From Haliotis rufescens (lineage: Eukaryota): 64,000 bases of DNA. This document shows, one piece after another, positions 1 through 11,875 of the stretch. The stretch is from positions 42,780,001 to 42,844,000 of the forward strand of contig NW_025964112.1 of the NCBI RefSeq assembly GCF_023055435.1, given 5' to 3'. The position numbers and the translations under genes are program-made. Every line of letters begins with the position of its first letter. Position 1 is the first letter of the stretch. Below the pieces are notes generated by a model that saw only the letters and a list, made by a program, of their open reading frames with translations, was not told the DNA's origin and searched no databases.

Positions 1-1551
1 TGGCCCCCCCCCAAAAAAAAAATAAATAAAAATAAAATAAAATAAAATAAAAAAATGTATCGTTGACACCAGTTTGAGGTACAACTTACACTGTCCCGTT
101 CCTCGTCTCCCATCTCTACATACACATCTCGGGCTGTTGTGGGATCCTCAGCCTGGAACGAAGGGAATCTCTCATTCTTAACATCAATACGTGTTATATG
201 CTCTTCACTTGCAGTTTGATATTGATGACAAACAAGCTTGGAACTTAGTACTCGTAACATTTACATAAATGTACATCTACCATACAAATAATACACATTT
301 ATGATATTTGATAAAGGTTTTATCAAACATGTACTGAAAATCAATTTCAGAAATGACATTGACTCGTTAAACAAATGAAAAAATAACAGAAGGAAATGCC
401 TTGAAAGTGCTGATATAGAAGTTGGTAGTGTTTGATAACATACAAAATTATTGTAGTGATGAAACATATATATCATTCTGTTGATAAGATGTACATAGGA
501 CAGACACATATATAGACTGTGATTACGTACAATGCTGTATTGACATGCTTAGGATATACCATAGGCTATATCGACACATATAGATTAGTAGTAAATATTA
601 CATGAACGAAAAATGTACATATCATGCTGTATATATTTCAATAAGGGGTTATTTGAAACAAGAAACATCTGCACATGTAGTTTATTCAATGACAGTTTGC
701 TCATTCACCATTCCAATAGACTTCTATTGTCTGTCACCAACGCAACAGAGTAATCCCATGTGATTGTTGATGTGTTTGCAATCGCAGGTGACAAAGAGGA
801 CAACTTTATAGATTTATTGATCTTCATGTCGGCAGAGCCCTCGGGGACAACATAACAACTCAGATGGTAGAGACCTAATTCTCAGGATCAAAAACTACAC
901 TGCCATTGCTCATGTACTTCCCATTCGCTTGCTCAATATAATTTATAGTCAGTCGCACATTGAACAAATAAGCAGTACCGTGGTATGTAGACATCTAGAC
1001 ACTTGTAATATGCGAAAGACGTTCTGTTGTGTTCACGAACCGAATAAAATATCCCTGTGAAACGTAAATTAATTAAACAATACATATAGAGAAGAAATAT
1101 TAAGTCATCAAACCAAGCTACAGACCTCCATGATATTGACGGCACATACAGACGCAGGAAAGACACACAGCATATGATGTCATGTTTCTATGGCAACAAG
1201 TCTGACACGTGCTCACTCGGAGATGAATAGGTGATGGATTAGATAAAGCAAATCGTCATGATAAGCTGAATTAGGGCTTGACTAATGCTGTGAAGATAAT
1301 CGATATACTAGCTGTGCTACTTGAATTCAAACAGTAATTGCATCGCTGTCTACATTAACATAAGGGAAGTGACACGGAACAAAACAAAAGCCACAGTTGG
1401 TTTGAGATATATTATGCATACCTAATCCAATTTGACATGCCAATGGAATGAATACGCACAAAAGTCATTTCCCAGAAAGGAAAGTAGAAGATGTTTTAGT
1501 ATTTATGGTTGAACAAGAAAATGGTTTGATAAGATTAAATGAGATTGAGGA

Positions 1552-2151
1552 TTATCTGAACCAGAAGTCTGAACTCTTTCCTACGTCTGTCACGCGCCAA
1601 TGACGTCGTCTTTTAGTCACCTTATCGACAAATGCCATCACGCGGCGCCTCAGGAACACCTTCTGAGCTAGGTCAAGGTCGTTTGCTGACCTCCGATTTC
1701 GTTTCTTCCTTATTCGTTTCCGGAGGTCACCGGATTTGTCCATGTGACCTCGTGACTCCTCGGTCTCCGTGTCAGACTTATTGAACCATAGGTCTGGGTC
1801 AGATTTAGACCTACTGAGGTAGACGTAATTCCCATGCTGTGAGTTTGTGGACACAATTTCAGGGATGTTAGTGTAGCCAGGTTCAAGTTTAGATACATAT
1901 GATCCTTTAAATTCATGCTTTTGGTCACTAATTGATGATACGCTCTGCGACCGCTGGCGTACCTTGGTTGCCTCCGCTTGTTTACGATAAATTCTGTTCT
2001 GGGAACTTCCTGGTCTTGAACTGTGAGCATGATCAAGCTTAGTCGGCTTCGGGGTAGGATTCTTATTCTCCTGATCATCGTCATCAAATGGGGGCAGGTC
2101 AACGCTTTCAAAGGACGACTTGCTGCCGCCACGATCGTACGGGGTTTTGTT
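1552..2151 (-). CDS. Unknown microexon gene, terminal exon (NKTPYDRGGSKSSFESVDLPPFDDDD...RSKSDPDLWF...RKRIRKKRNRR...KSSDFWFR*)
   Basis: The frame of ORF 1552..1854 stays open up to the acceptor attgtatattgtccacag at 2152; 199 codons plus TAA; phase 0. Confidence 0.8.
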   Translation of the reverse strand, partial: NKTPYDRGGSKSSFESVDLPPFDDDDQENKNPTPKPTKLDHAHSSRPGSSQNRIYRKQAEATKVRQRSQSVSSISDQKHEFKGSYVSKLEPGYTNIPEIVSTNSQHGNYVYLSRSKSDPDLWFNKSDTETEESRGHMDKSGDLRKRIRKKRNRRSANDLDLAQKVFLRRRVMAFVDKVTKRRRHWRVTDVGKSSDFWFR

Positions 2152-3425
2152 CTGTGGACAATATACAATCTACCCGATACTAGAAAGATTCCAACAAGAG
2201 GAGATAACGTCTCCTGCTTCTGTTCAGTCGCCCGCGAGAGCAAATTATCGCACGGTAGTTTATGCATGTGTTGTGATTGTAATTAATATTCCTTGAGTTT
2301 TTTAACGTATGCTTTGAAATAACAACGTTACGTTTCGTCCAATGTGTGTGATATTATTTGAAAATGTTTTCGTGAGTGTTCGTGAATTTGGACAGTTTGT
2401 GACATACTATTACGCCATGTTGAAGTACAACAACTGAGTGTAGAGCGGATATGCTGTCTTGTGACTTGACCTACAGTACCCAACACTTGAAAAGAACAAC
2501 TATGATATTTCACCCTGGGAAACAATAGAGAGCAACAGCGTACATTAAGGAGTCCTTGACTTTTCAACTTGATTTGAAACTATAGACGTGGATACCAATC
2601 AGTAACACTGTACAGCCATCCTATAACTGGTCTAATTACAATGTCGATACTATCACAATTTCGTTTTCCCATGGGAATATGTGTTTGAGAACAGCCCCTA
2701 CGGATGGAGACATCTGTTAACCTGGTGCTATTGTTTGTAAAGGTTACACATGAACTACTTTATGGTCTGACAACGAGTTTTAATCATATATTGTTGTTGT
2801 ATCCCTGGGAGAAATACATTATTTACTGCCATGGCAATACAGGGGATCATAATATCTGTTTAATTGTAATAGCAACCCAGCACCATGGAAAGCACTTGCA
2901 ATCTATATGACTAATGATTACATTAAGGTGTAGCCCCGGGTTGCAAGTTAACGATCGAGGACACAACATAGCCCTGACACTTAAAAGCCAAAGGAAGATG
3001 AGTGTGCAGTGAGAACAAAACGTTTAGTTTAATCAAGTAATTACTATATATAAAAAATGATCATTGAAGCACTGTAGATATTGGAAAACGTCTCACACAT
3101 GTATTCACAGAGAATTGTCTTCAGAAAGGATGGATATCAACATTTATCATTTTTTTCATTTGAAGAATCAATTATATATCAATTAAATCTAATAATGATT
3201 ATTTTTATAAATATGAATTGGCATAAAAAATTTTTTTTTTATTAAACGAGTTGAATTATTTGCATAGAATTAATGTCAATTTGACGAGAATATATGTAAC
3301 CATTGGCATTTGTCAGAAGAAGACGTGACACAGGCGCTCAGTACACCAGTGAGATAGAGCTATACACAGGGTGCTATAATATAGCATACAAAGAGGTATG
3401 CATAGATAGTTGGTATGTGTCATAC

Positions 3426-3464
3426 CTTATCGTTATAATCAGAAGCAGAAGGTTCTTTGCTTGG
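3426..3464 (-). CDS. Microexon, 39 nt (PSKEPSASDYNDK)
   Basis: attgaattacag| ... aag|gtatga, phase 0-0. Confidence 0.7.
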
Positions 3465-3822
3465 CTGTAATTCAATATACAATTATAGAAATCAAAATCT
3501 TGGCCCAAAATGAACATAACATATTTCTCAACACATCAATTAAATAGTACCTCCTCGCTTACATACTCTCAATGTATATATAAATGTAAGTATATATTTC
3601 ACATGCGTTATTCACAAGATGAAAAGACGAACTGTTTAGTACATTAGTGGTCGACAAAGAAGAACAAACATGCTATTTACATTACCAGTCCTTGAACATA
3701 AAATGTTTAAACACAAACGTATATATATGTGTTTGTCAGTGGTGATACACAGAGGTTTTAAAGATTAGAGAGTCACATTTTGGAACAGAGGTCTTGGTTG
3801 TAACAGAAGGTACATGTCATAC

Positions 3823-3861
3823 CTGGTATTTTTTAGCCTTTCTAGATTGTGGACGAGAAGG
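3823..3861 (-). CDS. Microexon, 39 nt (PSRPQSRKAKKYQ)
   Basis: atttgttgttccag| ... cag|gtatga, phase 0-0. Confidence 0.75.
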
Positions 3862-4763
3862 CTGGAACAACAAATATTCAATATGAGTGAGTGAGTTTGG
3901 TTTTACACCGCTTTTCAGCAATATTTCAGAAATATATCCCCGTTGGGATCACAGGAAAGGTCTGAACACACCCAACCCTGGTTTACAACGTGACGAGCGA
4001 ACACTTTCACCACTGGGCTACTCCAAAACCCCTATTAAATTTGAAATACTACCGCATTCATATGTTTATACAAATTGTCACATTTCATTTGGTAGGATTA
4101 TCAAAAAGTACTGATTATATTTAAATAGTATACATTGTAAATAGTATTGTGAGCATGGCGTCTTATATGGTTACATAATGCGAAACGTGGATTAATGTTA
4201 CGAGGCATTTTTACAGAATCGACTTAATATAGATAATAATCAAAACTTGTGATAATAATGTGGTGATGAAGTGATGATGTGGATATGAAGGAGCGAATGC
4301 ATATTCCATATGATAATGCTCTCGCGGGCGTAAACACATTGTTACATACATTATTAACATTTGTAAAAATGGTTGTAGAGACACATTTCATAATGATAAT
4401 GTACTATCTTAAGGAGAGAGAGTTACGACACACTTGATAATGTATAGAAGAAATGCAATTTGTGAAAAGCAACATTCATTTAAATTTTATCTAAATTTTT
4501 ATTTCATTTCTGCTGTTTTCAGATTCAAACGTCTTTAAATTACCATAGGAATCAAATACCCAGATCTGCATACAAAATAAATCGCAATGCAAATTTTATA
4601 CATATAAGAAGTTTCGCTTGCAATGCGTTACATTCTATACCATGGTAATTTATACCTGCTCTTAAATCGCCAAATAATGTATAGAAACAATTAATATTCC
4701 TAGATAATAAAACTACCAACATAATATGCATGCATGTTGCAAAATGTAAAATATACAATTGAT

Positions 4764-5203
4764 ATAAGGGTAACGCTATTTTTCAGGGCATTATCATTTG
4801 CAGAAGCCCGAGGTCTTCCATTGACGGCCCGACGAAGGAGGGCAGTTGAAAAGACCGAGGGCTTCTGCAAATGATAATGCCCTGAAAAATAGCGTTACCC
4901 TTATTATAGCTAAAATGGATGGAATTTGTTATCAAATAAAAAACCCAACAATATCGGTTTTGAAACATTTACTGCAATCAACATGAATGCCACTGGCCCA
5001 CTTATAAAAATGAAAACGTCAAAGAACAAACCAGATGACGGCACTATTCAACGTGACGTCACCTATCCCTATCCTATGACGTCACCTTACAACGGGCGTG
5101 ATAATGGCCCGTCGTCAAGCAATATGAGGGCATTATCAAAATTACAGAGGCCCCATCATTTTTGATAACGGTTTAATGATAATTCTATCCTTTTTTGCTA
5201 TAA
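4764..5203. mobile_element. Non-autonomous element with two side-by-side inverted-repeat pairs
   Basis: Perfect 46-bp arms 4764-4809/4859-4904, then an imperfect pair 4906-4920/5187-5201. Confidence 0.65.
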
Positions 5204-5636
5204 ATACTAATAGTACATTCGTAAAGGTTCTGGTAAATATAAACTACATTATAATACACGCCGTGCTGTTAAGAAGATGGTCATAGCACAATGACTCAAA
5301 AACAACAAAAATCATCTCCTTTTATCAAAGGAATAAAATATATTTTCTGTAAACTGTCAATTTCTAAAGCATAATATATCGTATGAACTATAATATATCA
5401 TTTGTTATTATAAAATGCTTCATAAACGGATCCGTTTTATTTAAGAGGGTAAAAGCAAGTTTTGCTTTTGTATCCTGCAGCATATGTTGGGGTAAACACA
5501 TTTACGTGATGCACAAGACTTTCCTCTGAACACAATTACTTGTAACATGCTTTGTGCTATATGGGGATTTGGTGTTAAGGCGTATTGAATAATCACTGCA
5601 GAGAAGTGGTATATACTAAAGTGGGTATATACTTAC

Positions 5637-5669
5637 CCTGTTAGACTGGGGTGGGGTTCTTTGTGGTGT
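5637..5669 (-). CDS. Microexon, 33 nt (TPQRTPPQSNR)
   Basis: ttataatttcag| ... |gtaagt, phase 0-0; near-paralog of the 6410 microexon. Confidence 0.8.
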
Positions 5670-5714
5670 CTGAAATTATAACGGGTTTGTATATACAAAG
5701 CATCAATGTCAGAG

Positions 5715-5985
5715 ACCCGTTAAGATCCGGGGTAGAATAGGTCTTCAGCAACCCATGCTTGCCGTAAAAGGCGACTATGCTTGTCGTTTGAGGCGACTAA
5801 CGGGATCGGGTGGTCAGGCTCGCTGACTTGGTTGATGCATGTCATCGTATCCCAATTGCGTGGATCGATGCTCATGATGGGATCACTGGATTGTCTGGTC
5901 CAGACTCGATTATTTACAGACCGCCGTCAAATAGCTGGAATAATGCTGAGTGCGGCGTTAAAAAACAAACAAACTAACAAACAAA
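5715..5985 (+). mobile_element. Family C short retroelement without a tRNA head
   Basis: Starts ACCCGT(T/G)AAGATCC, ends (AAAC)n, about 15-bp TSD CATCA(AT/GC)GTCAGAGA. Confidence 0.88.
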
Positions 5986-6409
5986 CATCAGCGTCAGAGA
6001 ATATTTGATTATCTTGCGAAAAAGTTTCCATTGAGTGTTTAAGGCAAAACAGCGTGACAATTAAATGAATGGATCGCCAAATATCAGTGATGACACCAGG
6101 TGTTCGCGAAAAGGGTAAGCATGTCTGCTCTACCGGTAGCACCCGCCTTTTAAACAATTTGCAAAGAATGTGAATACAGGATAAAAAACAAACTTTGTTT
6201 GTATTATTATGAAAAAAATCTACAATGACTTAAAAAGAATCATGTTGTAATCGACCGAATGAAATTTAAATACAAAAACCAAAAAGTCCTTCGAGCGCCT
6301 TTATAGAGACGCTTTTCGGGTAATACTTGCCTTAAAATATCAATAGAGCAATTATAAATACATCATGATGTATGTTTTTTTTAATGTAATGAAGAAAGCA
6401 TATACTCAC

Positions 6410-6442
6410 TTTGTTGGCTTGTGGGGATTGTCGTTGTGGTGT
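6410..6442 (-). CDS. Microexon, 33 nt (TPQRQSPQANK)
   Basis: tttcgttttcgttccag| ... |gtgagt, phase 0-0. Confidence 0.8.
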
Positions 6443-6736
6443 CTGGAACGAAAACGAAACACATCTCATTGTATACTCGCATTAGTGACTATGTGAGGTA
6501 GATTTGACGCCGCGTTTGACAATATTTCAGTTGTAATAGCGTGTCCGAGTATTGGGATCATTCAAAGTGACGTCAACACCAACATAAGTACAAACAAACA
6601 TCTTAACCGGTGTTCATATGGGATTCGATCTAAAAAAAGATCGGTTCCTGGCACGACCATGATATACAACTATACAACACCATCCGTATCCATGTATGTA
6701 TTTACGACTTGTATAAGTGTCTATAGCTATAAGTAA

Positions 6737-7185
6737 CCGCCTCCGTGGTCGTGTGGAGAGAGCATCTGCCCGGAGAAAGAAAGGTCGGTGGTTCGATTCC
6801 CTGGCCACGTGATTCCAAAAGAGGTTAACAGATGGTACCCTGCTGGCGTTCTGCACTAAGGGGACAAAACAGGGACTTAGTTTTTTGTGGACCGCCTCCG
6901 TGGTAGAGCGTCCGCCCGGAGAGCGGAAGGTCCGGGGTTCGATCCCCGGCCGCGTCACGCGCCATTAAAAGATGGTACTTGTTGTTACTCTGTCTGGCGC
7001 TCGGCATTAAGTGGCTTAAACAAGGACTGGTCGGCTCGGAGTCAGTATACTGTGTTTGAGTGGGGTATCCATGTTAAACTGCGGCATTGTTTCTCAATGG
7101 GCTAGCACTATAAAACCGGCATCCGTCCGGACTAGTATAAGCGTCGCTATATAAGTGAAATATTTTTTAATGCGATGTTAAAGTC
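6737..7185 (+). mobile_element. Two tandem family B SINEs (truncated about 6737-6880, then about 6890-7185)
   Basis: Two successive accgcctccgtgg heads with GGTTCGA B boxes. Confidence 0.85.
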
Positions 7186-7310
7186 TGTTAAATGATATCT
7201 AGTTTTAGTTCAGTTGACTAAAATATACTTTTATAAATAAACTTTTGTGATATAACTAATAACAACCAATGAATGTGAGAAGAATAAAATAAACATCCGT
7301 TTAAACTTAC

Positions 7311-7346
7311 ACTGTTGGAATTGCTCGGCCTCCTGGAATTCGATGG
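7311..7346 (-). CDS. Microexon, 36 nt (PSNSRRPSNSNS)
   Basis: ttctgatttacag| ... |gtaagt, phase 0-0, open. Confidence 0.75.
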
Positions 7347-7589
7347 CTGTAAATCAGAATATATGTGATGTAAAAATGACGTCTATCAGTTAGTAACAAC
7401 ATATATTTACAGTGTCACTAGCTACCTCGGTGTTGCTAGAGCAACTGTAATGAAATATATATGTGTAGATATTAATTTACTTTGTGAAAGTGATAAGCAT
7501 ATTATCATGCACCACAGGCACTCTTGTATCCATGGCAATGTATCAACGGACAAAAATAAATTCAAGACAGTTATATAAGTCAAATACTA

Positions 7590-7649
7590 TGAGGTGAGAT
7601 GAGGTGAAATGGGACGTTTTAAGTCGCGTCCAAGATTATTGCACTTAAG

Positions 7650-7692
<43 letters not shown>

Positions 7693-7935
7693 CTTGTACT
7701 AGCCCGGACTGATACCGATTTATAGTGCTAGCCGTCTGCGATACCATGCCGCAGTTTAACATGAATACCCCACTTAGACACCGACTCCGACCTGTCCGTG
7801 TTTTAGCTCAATAATGCCGAGCGCCAGGCAGGGTAACAACAAGTACAACGTCTTTTGGTATGACGCGGCCGGGGATCGAACCCGGACGTTCCGCTCTACG
7901 GGTGGAAGCTCTGCCAGGAGACCACGGAGGCGGTC
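7590..7935 (-). mobile_element. Family B SINE with expanded (GT)n; a further fragment at about 8030-8105
   Basis: Reverse complement of family B. Confidence 0.85.
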
Positions 7936-8687
7936 TTCAAGTGGGTGGATACCACTTTGACCACATGTACACATGTATGGGCTATAGTGTTGCAACCACA
8001 TTGGGGTCGTCAAAAACATAAGGATCAGTCCTTGTGTTATCCCTTAATACCCATCGCCAGTCAGGGTAACAACAAGTACCATCTTTTAACGTCTTTTTGT
8101 ACCACCTGGCACATGCTGTATCCAGTCGACCGCGGAGCCAAATACCCCGAGGTATCAACATGCACACTATCCTAACAAGATTATCCCAGGAACGGGTCTT
8201 TCTTTTATCAATGTGTGTTTTGCTATTTTAACTGATATTTCGTACATGTGTCTTTGAGTGTCCTAATCTAAATACAAGGGGAGTCATATCTCTTTCTATA
8301 ATCTGACAAATCCGGAGCGCCGTCGGTCCTCATTAAGTTCAACTGCATATACCAAATGTTCTCTTCATGTGGACTTGGACCTTAACTGCTATGGCTCGTG
8401 TATTAGTAAGTGAGTGTGTAAATTTGATTTGACGACAACATTTCAGTTATATCGCGGCGTGTTATACAAAACCCAAGTGATGAATATCTTAGGCTTTCAT
8501 CACTTTGGTGAAACGAACGAGCATGGGTATGGGGCTGACAAAACCAGAAACATAATCGGGATGAACCGGTATTCGAACCATCAATCATAGGTTTCTGGCG
8601 TGCCAAAGGGACGCAACTCTGCAAGGGAATTGCGGCACCTTAGACGACTGGGCCACCCGTGACCTCCAAGATAGTCGAAATACATAC

Positions 8688-8717
8688 CCTGTTTGACTGC
8701 TGTGACCTGGGTGGTGT
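8688..8717 (-). CDS. Microexon, 30 nt (TPPRSQQSNR)
   Basis: ttgtttgttttattgcag| ... |gtatgt, phase 0-0; similar to the microexons at 6410 and 5637. Confidence 0.8.
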
Positions 8718-10718
8718 CTGCAATAAAACAAACAAAATGACGTTGAAATGACCATGTTTTTTTCAATAATCGTCAATCCACTAAGTTTAGTGATTCAGGA
8801 AGGTTCAACGCCACTTTGAACATTATTTCAGTTTTATCACTGCGTGTCAGCTTGATCATTGATGAATACTCAAAGTGATATTCATCACTTTGGTTAAACA
8901 TTCGAGAACAGGTATGATTCTGACGTCGAAACTTGGTTTAAACCTTGGATCATAGGTTTCTTGAACACATCTGTGTACCTCGGAATCGTAGAATGGACTG
9001 CTTTTAGCAGATTTCTTTTTAATGAATATGGAAATCTCTTTGTCGCTTTTGTTTAGACGACTGGGCCACCCGTGCCGCTCCGAACAATGTTTGATAGAGT
9101 CTACTACTCACTCTGAAGACTCTCTTGTTCTCATTAAAGGCTTGGTGTAAACACTCGATTTATAAATATTTGTATTACCAGTGTTGTTACTATCGTGAGT
9201 TTCCTGAGTGAACAAATAATAAATATCCATTTGTAATACTACTTTCAAAGCAATCTGATATTGATAATAAGTCTATCCTGAGAGATGTGTATTTTTATCT
9301 TATCCAACTGGGGACACAGATATGCTGACGGAAACATGGCTGTCACCTGCCATAGGAAAGCTGAAATACGTGACCTCCTTATAATAATATTCTTACTGCA
9401 ATAACTCATGCATTTCTTGTTATTCATAGTGAATAGTTTTATTTAAAACATGGGAATACTCTCTCATCAAGTATTTATATTCCCTTTTGAAATCAAAACT
9501 TTGGCCTACCTTGTTAAGCTTCTATTGACTATTGGACGGCCATGGTTTACGTTGCGGTCTGTCAAGCACATGCTCACATAAGTAATTTGAACACTCAGTT
9601 GATCATATCGATTCTTTTGGGATATAAATGAACAATAATTGTATATCATGGGGCCCACTTGTCTAAGACGCCGCAATTCCCTATGCACAGATGCGTCCCT
9701 TGGGCACGCCAGAAACCTATGATCGTGGGTTCGAATTCCGGATTGTGTTTCTAAGTTTTTCAGCACCCTACAAGTTGCTTGTGGGTTTCACCAAAATTAT
9801 AAACGCCTTCCGGCCATAAAATATCAAGAATACTGTTAAACATGGCGTTAAACCCAACTCACTCACTTACTCACTCTCTCAGATACTCAAATGGTTGTTA
9901 AACAAAAATAACATCAGATTTAATTCATTTTCAGAAATCCAGTAATATGTGCTCTGAGAAAATGTTTTTATGTTCATGTTTCATGTTTTTCTTGCCTTTT
10001 CAGTTGCCCACCCTTGCTGATCCTTGCGAACACCTGGTGTCATCACTGCTTTTCTGTGCTCCATTCATTTAACTTTCACCTATATTTTGCCTTGTACGTC
10101 ATATTGAATCTGTTTTGTTTTCTGTTTTATTCATTTTTACGATTAACTTTTTGATGTGATCCATTCGATTTCACTATTTCACAATGATCAACCAATGTAA
10201 TTAATCAAAGTATGTTCGAAGATAATTCTATTTGTGCATATAATAAAGATCTGTGCCACACCTGCGAAAATTGGGTTTACGCCTAACCCACAAATGATTT
10301 TCTTGTTATATGTTCATTATGTGAAGAGTGAGTGAGTGAGCGACATCATGGCGGGGTCACAGAAAGCGGCTTCAGTAATTGAGCTCAAGTGGGGAATTGA
10401 ACACGACCCTTCGTTTTGACGGGCGAACGGCTAATTTGTTCATCGCTTGCCTCTCAAAACTACTTACAATTTATCAATAGAGTAATAGTTAGCGTTATCT
10501 CAAGATCAAACGCATCAAAGTGTATGTATCAGGAGTAGAATTTCCGATTTTTTTAAAACAAATACAACCGTAACACTGAGAAAGAACAACTTCATTGGGA
10601 TCACAGCAGTTCTCATAACTAATAATAAAACGGTAAAATGTATCGAGATCAATATTTCTGATGGTTGCCCTACATACACGGGGACCTCATAGCGGGAATG
10701 TAGAGTCAAATACATTAC

Positions 10719-10754
10719 CGCGTCTCCAGAAGGCTGTGGAGATGTCCCAGGCGA
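10719..10754 (-). CDS. Microexon, 36 nt (SPGTSPQPSGDA)
   Basis: tttattttctatttcag| ... |gtaatg, phase 0-0, open. Confidence 0.75.
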
Positions 10755-11551
10755 CTGAAATAGAAAATAAACAAAATAAAACATTTAGGTATAACACAGC
10801 TGTTTTATGTCATGCAAGTGGGCTAGAAATGGTCCTTAGCAACATTTTATGTATGAGATGACATACGACTTTGTTTATCATTGCATTCCCTCTGCATGGA
10901 TATCAGATATCACGATATCAGTCACTGGTTTGCCTGGTCCAGTCTCGATTATGTACATGCCATCGACATTTAGCTGGAATATTGTTTAGTGCGTCGATGA
11001 ACAACTAACAAAGATACTAGAACATAACCTGTCTGCATTGGAATGTGGAACTAATGTTCATCACTCTGAAATGAAAAACTAATAGACACGTTTCTTGAGT
11101 CAAAGATCGCCTGTAACGAGTTTGTTTTATTTCTTAAAATATGAGAACCTGTCTTCCGTGAATTGCTTTATTTCTTCCAAAAATAAATATTTACGGCTAT
11201 CCATTCTGAAGAAACAAATTAGTAGCTATTAAAAGAAGAAAGCGGAATATTGGGTAATATATTCAGCTCTGTCTGAAAGGGGCCCTGGTGTATCAGAATT
11301 CATTCACCGGAATGGAATCTGTTGTCAAATGATAGACGCATCCCTAACGCAGAAGTATTGATGAGAACATGTTCTTAGGGTTTAAGAGTAGATGAAGAGA
11401 ATCACACACGTAGTTATGATGAAAAAAATATGTCAACCTGCAAAATATGTTTAAATGTTACTGTCATATTTATATCATACATTATAGTGTACTGCAATGC
11501 ATATACCAAATATACACATATAGTTACGATCCCTCATCTGCACACGATACT

Positions 11552-11875
11552 GCCTCCGTGGTCTATTAATAGCGCGTCCGCCCGGAGAGCGGAAGGGACG
11601 GGGTTCGATCCCAAAAGACGTCAAAAGAGGGTACTTGTTGTTACCCTGTCTGGCGCTCGGCAGTAAGGGGCTTAAGCAATGACAGGTCGGTTCGGAGTCG
11701 ATATACTGTGTCTGAGTGGGGTATTCATGTTAAACTGCGACATGGTATCTCAGTGGGCTAGCACTATAAATCGGCATCAGTCCGGACTAGTACAAGCAGC
11801 CACAGACAAACACGTGCATGCACGTCGCTATATAAGCGCAATAATCTTGGACGCGCCGTTAAACCCCATCTCAAC
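11552..11875 (+). mobile_element. Family B SINE
   Basis: Family B head, core and tail. Confidence 0.85.

Noticed and set aside
1710-2267. 185-aa minus-strand ORF
   Set aside because: A shadow frame overlapping the terminal exon; the other frame fits the phase-0 acceptor and the upstream exons.
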